Shown one piece after another: positions 25,745 through 32,000 of a DNA stretch of 32,000 nt. The first letter of the stretch is position 1; every line of letters starts with the position of its first letter. The stretch lies in contig CAZXEQ010000002.1 in the NCBI GenBank assembly GCA_964640155.1, positions 420,001-452,000 of the forward strand, written 5' to 3'. Made by a program: the position numbers and the translations under genes. This DNA comes from an uncultured bacterium. Its GTDB lineage: Bacteria; Auribacterota; JACPWU01. The notes under the pieces are model-generated. The model searched no databases and was not told the DNA's origin. It saw only the letters and a program-made list of their open reading frames with translations.

Positions 25745-27415
25745 ATGAAAGAAGCAATTTATTCAGGAAATATCATTTCAGGTGGAATGGCTCATGGGAA
25801 CTCTTTTGTCATTTCCACTCCTCGCCTAGAAAGCATTCCTTTTACATCTATTCATGAAGAAGAAATAAGTGTAGAAAAAGAGAAACTTTGGATTGCAATT
25901 GAAATCTCAATTTCTGAGCTTAACACGCTTGTGAAACGTGTAAAAGCTCAAGTGGGAGAACGGGAATCGCATGTTTTTGAAGCTCATATTTTAATGCTCA
26001 AAGATCATCGCTTTTCTTCGCGGATGGTAGATCGAATTGATTTTGAAAAGGTGAATGCAGAAACGGCTGTTGTTCAAACAGTACAAGAGCTGATACAGTC
26101 TTTTGCAGGTCATGGGGAAAATTTACGGCAAAAATTTGCATTGGATTTTCGGGATTTAGGTTTAAGGTTGATTCGCAATCTTTCTCCTTTTTTCTCTTAT
26201 GATAAAGCTCAGGATTTGGAAGAAAGTGTCGTGGTTGTCACGCGTGAGTTAACCCCTTCCGTTGTTGCTCGTGTTGATCGACGAAAAGTCTTAGGATTTG
26301 TTTGTGAAGAGGGTCATCCCTCAACGCATGCGGGTATTCTGGTGGATGCGATGCATGTCCCCGCGATTGCCCAGATTAAAGAATTTTTCCAAATTAAGAA
26401 TGATGATCATCTTTTTTTGGATGCGAGAGAAGGGACACTTTGGGTTAACCCTGCGCAAAAGGCAAAAGATATTTTTCTTCAGTCTTATCAGAATTATTGT
26501 GAGATTTTGAAATCTACTCATGAAGAAGAAGCAGAAGGTATCACAAAAGATGGGCGTTTGATTTATTTTTGGGCTAATGTCTGGATGCCGGCCGATTTGG
26601 CTATTGCCCAGGCCATGGGTGCAAATGGAATTGGATTGATTCGTTCCGAATTTGCATATCTTTTTCAGAAAAACCTTCCTTCAGAAGAATCTATTTTTGA
26701 ATACTATCGAGAAGTTTTAGATAAAGTTTGGACAGGACCTGCTCATGTTCGTTTGTTAGACGTAGGTGGAGAAACCGATATTGTTTCTTTGAAAGGGAAT
26801 ACTATTTCAAAAGCCATGGGGTTAAAATTCTTGCTTGAAGAAAAAGCTCTGCTCGAAACTCAATTACGTGCTTTACTGAGAGCCTCTGTTGGCAAAAAAG
26901 TTTATCTGGTTTATCCTTTTTTTGAGTCCTTGAACGAATTGCAAGAGGCCAATGCTATTTTGGAAGGTGTGAAGAAGAAGCTTCGTGATCAAAAAATTTC
27001 TTTTAATGAGGAATTAGGTGTAGGAGCTTTAATTGAAACGCCTGAAGCGGTGCATCAGATCGAATCTATTTTAGAGAATGTTTCTTCGGTGATTGTAGGT
27101 TCCAATGATTTACTTTTAAAGTTAAAAGGCTTAAAACGCGATCAAAAAATTCAAGAATTAAATATGAACCAGTTAACGCCTGATTTTCTGAAGATGATTC
27201 ACCATATGGTTCAAGCTACTCAAAAAGCGAAAAAGGATCTCTACTTTTCTGGACAAATGGCAGAACATCCTCTCTGTTTAGGTCTTTTAATAGGCTTAGG
27301 TATTATTCATTTTAATCTTTCTAGTGCTTCTATTCGGGCTTTAAAAAAATGGCTTGGAAATGTATCTTATGCGGATTTGGTTAATACAGCTCAAAAGACA
27401 ATGCAAGTTAAATAG
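25745..27415 (+). CDS. ptsI: PEP-utilising enzyme, PTS Enzyme I family (divergent)
   Basis: The phospho-His region GHPSTHAGILVDAMHVPAI corresponds to GG.TSH.AI.AR..GIPA. The PEP-binding TIM barrel blocks are GIGLIRSEF, VRLLDVGGE, GALIETPEA and VGSNDL. The CGE(L/M)AGD catalytic-Cys block reads SGQMAEH. Confidence 0.78.
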   Translation: MKEAIYSGNIISGGMAHGNSFVISTPRLESIPFTSIHEEEISVEKEKLWIAIEISISELNTLVKRVKAQVGERESHVFEAHILMLKDHRFSSRMVDRIDFEKVNAETAVVQTVQELIQSFAGHGENLRQKFALDFRDLGLRLIRNLSPFFSYDKAQDLEESVVVVTRELTPSVVARVDRRKVLGFVCEEGHPSTHAGILVDAMHVPAIAQIKEFFQIKNDDHLFLDAREGTLWVNPAQKAKDIFLQSYQNYCEILKSTHEEEAEGITKDGRLIYFWANVWMPADLAIAQAMGANGIGLIRSEFAYLFQKNLPSEESIFEYYREVLDKVWTGPAHVRLLDVGGETDIVSLKGNTISKAMGLKFLLEEKALLETQLRALLRASVGKKVYLVYPFFESLNELQEANAILEGVKKKLRDQKISFNEELGVGALIETPEAVHQIESILENVSSVIVGSNDLLLKLKGLKRDQKIQELNMNQLTPDFLKMIHHMVQATQKAKKDLYFSGQMAEHPLCLGLLIGLGIIHFNLSSASIRALKKWLGNVSYADLVNTAQKTMQVK

Positions 27416-27468
27416 GTCTTTAGTAAATTCTTGCCACTCTTTTTAAATCAGAGTAAAGTCCTCCCATA

Positions 27469-28824
27469 ATGGCTATGAAAACAGATGCTTCGACTCTAAG
27501 AATAGATCAAACTTGGATTTCTCATTATTTCGAACAATTTTATAAAGAACCCAAAGATTTTTTGATGGGCCTTGAAGCGGAATTGATCGGGGTTTATGAG
27601 AAGACGGGAGAAGCTGTTCCTTATGCTGGAGGAAATGGCATTGAAGGGATTCTTCAGGATTTGATTCAATTTTTTCACTGGGAACCTATCGAGGAAGCGG
27701 GAAAGATTATTGCTTTAAAAAGAGATACTTCAGAAATTCATTTAGAGCCAGGGGGGCAGTTAGAATTAAGTGGAACTCCATTTTCAAAATTAAAAGATAA
27801 TCTCAAAGAAATTCAGAATTATTACGAAGAATTAAAAAATGTTTCTCAAGGGAAGGGCATTGCTTGGGTTGAACTTGGGAGTCAGCCCTTCAGTTCTCTT
27901 TCTTCAATATCTTGGGTTCCCAAAACACGTTATCAAATCATGAGAGATTATTTTTCAAAGAAAGGGGGACTCGGCCATTCCATGATGAAGCAAACGGCTA
28001 CTCTCCAGGCTAATCTTGATTATTCTTGCGAGGAAGATGCAATGAAAAAATTGAGAACAGCCATGGTGCTTGCTCCTGTCATGATAGGTCTTTTTGCAAA
28101 TTCTCCCATTTTAGACGGACATTTTAAAAACGCGATGAGTACAAGAGCCATCGCTTGGCAGAATACAGATTCAGATCGATGTGGTCTTATCTCTGAAATC
28201 TTAGTAGATGAACCTCGTTTTCAAGATTACTTGAAGTATCTTGAAAGAGTCCCTGTTATTTTTATGCTGCGTGAGGGACGGTGGATTTCTCTTCCTTCTA
28301 TTTCTTTCAAAAGATTTTTAGAAGGCGGATATTCCCATTTTCTTCCAGAAGAAATAGATTGGGAGCTTTTTCTAACTTCTATTTTTACAGAGGCACGTTT
28401 AAATCCTTTCGTTGAAATAAGAAGTGCGGATCGTAATAAACTAGCTTTAAGTTCTGGAATGCTGGCTTTGTGGAAAGGGCTTTTATTAAATTCACAAGCT
28501 CGGGAAGCAGTATGGAGTCTCCTTCGATCGGTAAGTTCTGAAAATAGGCAAAATGCTTTGAGAGATGCTGCACAAAAAGGTTTTCAAGGACAATATGGTC
28601 CTTTTAAGATACAGGATTTGGGGGAAGAATTATTGAAGTTGGCATCAAATGCTTTAAAAGATCTCTGGGAGCAAGATATTGTCAAAGAAGATGAAAGACA
28701 TTATCTGGGGTCCATCGAAGAACTTTTAAAAGAAGGACAATCACCTGCAGAAAAGATTCTTAAAAGTTGGCAAGGTTCTTGGAATCAAAATCCTCAAGAT
28801 CTTATTACCTATGCTAAAATTTAA
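27469..28824 (+). CDS. gshA: Glutamate-cysteine ligase, plant/proteobacterial GCS2 type
   Basis: The blocks LEPGGQLELSG, PKTRYQIMRDY, MMKQTATLQANLDY and FANSPI match the plant-type gamma-glutamylcysteine synthetase family. Confidence 0.82.
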   Translation: MAMKTDASTLRIDQTWISHYFEQFYKEPKDFLMGLEAELIGVYEKTGEAVPYAGGNGIEGILQDLIQFFHWEPIEEAGKIIALKRDTSEIHLEPGGQLELSGTPFSKLKDNLKEIQNYYEELKNVSQGKGIAWVELGSQPFSSLSSISWVPKTRYQIMRDYFSKKGGLGHSMMKQTATLQANLDYSCEEDAMKKLRTAMVLAPVMIGLFANSPILDGHFKNAMSTRAIAWQNTDSDRCGLISEILVDEPRFQDYLKYLERVPVIFMLREGRWISLPSISFKRFLEGGYSHFLPEEIDWELFLTSIFTEARLNPFVEIRSADRNKLALSSGMLALWKGLLLNSQAREAVWSLLRSVSSENRQNALRDAAQKGFQGQYGPFKIQDLGEELLKLASNALKDLWEQDIVKEDERHYLGSIEELLKEGQSPAEKILKSWQGSWNQNPQDLITYAKI

Positions 28825-28847
28825 CGATAGAGATTTTCGTATCCTTT

Positions 28848-30524
28848 CTAGCTCGGTTTAGCTTTATCAGTAAAAATTTTCCCTGACATCAATGTGATTC
28901 CATAACTTTTAAGAATATCTGCCTGTTTTTGAGATGTTACTTCGGAAATAAGAATTTGAGTTTTTAGAATGGGGGTTAAGTCGGAAAGCATTTTCATCAT
29001 GGTTTGTTGTGTAGGATCTTTTTCAATTTTGTCGAAGAAAGAGGATGCTAAATAAAGAAATTTTGGTTTAAGCTCCGATAAAATCTGTAAAGGAGTAGGG
29101 GCTCCCCATGCTAATTCAATACAAATGCTTGCCCCTTCTTCTTCCACTTTATGAATAATTTCTTTTAATGTTTTATCGTAACGAAAGAGATCGTTGGCTT
29201 TAAATTGAAAAACCAGAAGTTCTGGATTACATCCGAGGCTTTTTAAAGGCTGAGTAGATGTTTCTAAAAGTGTCAGAAAAATTCTTGGATTAATCCAACT
29301 CATAATAAAAAGAGGTTTTTGTATCCCATAGCAGAAAACCTTGAGCTTCTCGAAATAAATCTTCCCTAACTCCTTTTCCATTTTAAGTTCAATGGCTTGA
29401 TTGAAAAGGTCCTCTTGAGAAAAAACACGTGATGCATTCATTCCTCTCATGAGAGTTTCATAACCTTCGATCTTATTTTGAGAGACATTCATAATAGGTT
29501 GGAGAAACAGATTGATTTTCTTTTCTTGAAGCAATTGAGAAGTCTCATCAAAGTTTTGGGAGGGGGTAGTTCCTTTTGCAGATGTTTCTGGCTCTCTGCG
29601 ATCTTTGACATAATTTGATCCCGGTAGAGTTTTCGCATGTTTTTTTAATTCTGCAGCAATCGCATTAATTTCACCGATATGGGAAATGTCTCGTTTTTCA
29701 TTTGTGACAACTGCGATGGAAAGAGACATCAGAGGGAATTCTTGCAAATTACCTTGTCTGTCTTTTGAAAGAATAAAACCTCTTTGTTGATCTTTTTGAT
29801 CATAGAGTTTAGGGACCATTGCATCAAAACGTTGAATGATTTGTTGGCATAAAATATCAATGTGACTGGGATCAGAAATAAGTATGAAATCATCCCCACC
29901 GATATGACCTACAAAATCTTCGGGATTTCCTTTTTCTTTAGTGACATCTACAAGGGCTTGAGCTGTATTGCGAATGGCTTCGTCTCCGCGTTCAAATCCA
30001 TATTCATCATTGAAAGATTTAAAACGATCAATGTCAAAATGAGCAATAGCGAAGGGCTCTTTATTCGAAAGTCGAGTCGCAATCTGTTTTTGAATGGCAT
30101 TATTGCCAGGGAGTTTTGTGAGAGGATTTGCATCCAAAACATTATTCGTTCGATTGAGAATCATCCAAATACGAGCGAGTAATTCTTCTGGCTCAAAAGG
30201 TTTGGTGATATAGTCATCTCCACCACTTTTGAGACCTGTGAGTTTGTCTGGGAAGTCACCTCTGGCAGTGAAATAGACGACGGGGATATGCCAAAGTTTT
30301 TTATCTTCTTTGACTTTATTGCAAACTTCATAGCCACTCATGCCAGGGAGCATGACATCAAGAATGATGAGATCGGGTTTGCTTTCGCGAATAAGGCTTA
30401 AACCCTTTTCTCCATCGGAAGCCCCAAATACATCAAAACCACGGCGACTGAGAAAAGCTTTAGTTACTTCTAAAATATCCTCATCGTCATCGACAATCAC
30501 AAGCTTGGGTCTTGGAGCTTCCAT
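28848..30524 (-). CDS. Response regulator with REC + GGDEF (GGDDF) + degenerate EAL-like domain
   Basis: The REC domain has VIVDDDEDI and LIILDVMLPGMSG. The GGDEF domain has LTKLPGNNAI, DIDRFKSFNDEYG and HIGGDDFILI. The C-terminal domain starts like EAL (FLQPIMNVSQNKIEGYETLMR). It lacks the ELTE, DDFGTG, KID and EGVE metal/catalytic blocks. Confidence 0.82.
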   Translation of the reverse strand: MEAPRPKLVIVDDDEDILEVTKAFLSRRGFDVFGASDGEKGLSLIRESKPDLIILDVMLPGMSGYEVCNKVKEDKKLWHIPVVYFTARGDFPDKLTGLKSGGDDYITKPFEPEELLARIWMILNRTNNVLDANPLTKLPGNNAIQKQIATRLSNKEPFAIAHFDIDRFKSFNDEYGFERGDEAIRNTAQALVDVTKEKGNPEDFVGHIGGDDFILISDPSHIDILCQQIIQRFDAMVPKLYDQKDQQRGFILSKDRQGNLQEFPLMSLSIAVVTNEKRDISHIGEINAIAAELKKHAKTLPGSNYVKDRREPETSAKGTTPSQNFDETSQLLQEKKINLFLQPIMNVSQNKIEGYETLMRGMNASRVFSQEDLFNQAIELKMEKELGKIYFEKLKVFCYGIQKPLFIMSWINPRIFLTLLETSTQPLKSLGCNPELLVFQFKANDLFRYDKTLKEIIHKVEEEGASICIELAWGAPTPLQILSELKPKFLYLASSFFDKIEKDPTQQTMMKMLSDLTPILKTQILISEVTSQKQADILKSYGITLMSGKIFTDKAKPS

Positions 30525-30550
30525 GTAAGATTCTCCTGAGCGACCTCTCT

Positions 30551-30580
30551 ATTTTAAGGCAATAGGGGGTGAATTTGCAA
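30551..30580 (-). promoter_or_regulatory. Putative sigma70-type promoter for the REC-GGDEF-EAL gene
   Basis: The minus strand reads TTGCAA (30575-30580), 18 nt, then TAAAAT (30551-30556), about 25 nt upstream of the start codon. This rests on pattern match only. Confidence 0.3.
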
Positions 30581-30619
30581 CATAAGATCATTCTTAATAA
30601 ATTGGAGAGTCTCGTATAT

Positions 30620-30743
30620 AAAAGTGTATTCTTTTGAAAAGTGGCGGGTCCTGCCACTCGTCAGCCCCATCGTGCTCACAAAAAGTTGCGCTCGACGGGG
30701 CGCCCCGCCGAGTGTCACCCGCATCTATAAAGGACACACTTTT
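30620..30743. repeat. GC-rich structured repeat element, copy B (core 30647-30721)
   Basis: The core is collinear with 25595-25669. Here the flanking stems are GCGGGT(30644-30649)/ACCCGC(30717-30722) and AAAAGTGT(30620-30627)/ACACTTTT(30736-30743). It lies 30 nt downstream of the rlmI stop. Confidence 0.7.
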
Positions 30744-30753
30744 TTGAACACGA

Positions 30754-31941
30754 TCAAATCGGATGTACTTCAAAGAAAAGACATTTAAGGTATTGTGTTT
30801 CTGGGATATTGGGAAGGATAGGATGATCAAGCCCTTGTGTCCCACGATGAATTAGCTTTAATATTTTTTTCGCATCACGAGCTGCATCCAAAAGAATATC
30901 CTCAAATAGAGATTCTTGAATATGATGAGAGCAGGAAGCGCTGATCAGGACCCCTCCAGCGCGAAGCATTTTCATGGCTCTTAAATTGATTTCCTTGTAT
31001 CCGGCCAATGCTCCCTCAATTGAATCTTTTCTTTTGGTGAAAGAAGGAGGATCCAAAATAATCATGTCGAACTTTTTCCCTTCTCGATCAAATTGCTTTA
31101 GAAAATCAAATCCGTTTCCCAGTAAACCTTCCCATCGTGTCTCAACATGATTCAGGGCTGCGCTTTTCTGAGCGATTGCGAGTGCTTCTTCAGAAATATC
31201 AATGCTCAATACTTTTTTTGCTCCTCCCTTCAAACAAGACATAGAAAAGCCACCTGTATAAGAAAAGCAATCCAAGACTTCCTTGTTTTTTGAAAGCGAA
31301 GAAGCCATTTGTCTATTGTCTCTCTGATCCAAATAAAAACCTGTTTTATGCCCATGAAAAACGTCCACCCAAAAATGAATTCCATTTTCTTCTATTTCTA
31401 AAAATTCTGGCGGAGAATTTCCATCCAAACACCCCTGAATTAAAGGAAGACCTTCTAAAGCGCGTGCTTGGAAATCATTTCTTTCATAAATTCCTTTGGG
31501 TTGGAAAATACTTTTTAGTATTTCCACAACCAGGGATTTATGGATATCCATCCCGAGCGTGGTTGTTTGGATAATCAAATAATCTTGATATTGATCTACG
31601 ATAAGACCTGGAAGTCCATCTGATTCACTGTTCACCCAGCGTAGACTTGAAGCTGAAGGAAGATAGGTTTTTCGCCATCGGAGGGCTTCTTTAATGCGTT
31701 TTTCAAAAAAAAGCACATTGATTGCTTCATCTTGTTGGCGAGTCAATAATCTAATAGAAATGGTGGAGAGAGGATTAAACCAACCGATGCCTACCCATTT
31801 CTTTTGATCCGTATAAATGGCAACAGGTTCTTCAGATCGGATTTCTTTATCTACATATTTAATTTGAGACTTGTAAATCCAAGGGTGTCCGGCTTTGACA
31901 CGATCAAAGCCTCTTTTGGAATCGACGATGATTTTTTTCAT
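30754..31941 (-). CDS. rlmI: Class I SAM-dependent rRNA (cytosine-C5) methyltransferase, RlmI/YwbD-like with N-terminal PUA-like domain
   Basis: The N-terminus G.PWIY...I is PUA-like. It also has GLPGLIVDQY.DYL, HKTGFYLDQR, a SAM-binding VLDCFSYTGGFS block, and DMIILDPPSF. Confidence 0.78.
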   Translation of the reverse strand: MKKIIVDSKRGFDRVKAGHPWIYKSQIKYVDKEIRSEEPVAIYTDQKKWVGIGWFNPLSTISIRLLTRQQDEAINVLFFEKRIKEALRWRKTYLPSASSLRWVNSESDGLPGLIVDQYQDYLIIQTTTLGMDIHKSLVVEILKSIFQPKGIYERNDFQARALEGLPLIQGCLDGNSPPEFLEIEENGIHFWVDVFHGHKTGFYLDQRDNRQMASSLSKNKEVLDCFSYTGGFSMSCLKGGAKKVLSIDISEEALAIAQKSAALNHVETRWEGLLGNGFDFLKQFDREGKKFDMIILDPPSFTKRKDSIEGALAGYKEINLRAMKMLRAGGVLISASCSHHIQESLFEDILLDAARDAKKILKLIHRGTQGLDHPILPNIPETQYLKCLFFEVHPI

Positions 31942-32000
31942 GTTTCAGAGCATATCTAGCTTTTTATAAATACGCAATAGTGATTCAAATGAAAGATGAA

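Overview
This is a visibly AT-rich bacterial chromosomal window, densely packed with about 29 protein genes and 1 tRNA, almost all housekeeping. From left to right it holds five groups. (1) A nitrogen-control cluster: glnE (5'-truncated by the window edge), a secreted SNase-type nuclease, glnA-glnB behind a near-consensus sigma54 promoter, glnD, and an NtrC-like sigma54 activator. (2) A translationally coupled purN / HhH-GPD glycosylase / hisG block, then a 28-aa hyper-basic micro-ORF missing from the ORF track (bS22-like). (3) TPR protein, ispE, spoVG, [tRNA-Gln on the opposite strand], glmU, prs, rplY(ctc), pth, which follows the Bacillus-like conserved gene order. (4) A membrane protein of unknown function and sua5/tsaC with a class II-type purE. 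(5) CBS protein, korA, korB, Zn-ribbon CBS protein, glpD, an Enzyme I-like protein, plant-type gshA, a REC-GGDEF-degenerate EAL regulator, and rlmI. I see no integrase, transposase, CRISPR array, toxin-antitoxin pair or recognisable defence operon, so I cannot honestly name a new multi-gene system. The signal that gene annotation does not explain is non-coding: four GC-rich, strongly structured islands in AT-rich spacers. Two are copies of one ~75-nt element with covarying base pairs and two mutually exclusive helices (25580-25682 and 30620-30743). One sits next to tRNA-Gln and is bracketed by a 13-nt duplication of the tRNA 3' end (13165-13377). One is a multi-hairpin island enclosed by 16-nt inverted repeats between pth and the membrane-protein gene (17261-17403). 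Protein-level oddities are a SpoVG with an inserted zinc ribbon, a class II (PAICS-like) PurE, an Enzyme I homologue with Ser at the catalytic Cys position, and an NtrC-like regulator with no adjacent kinase. All family assignments come from motifs read by eye; no searches were run.
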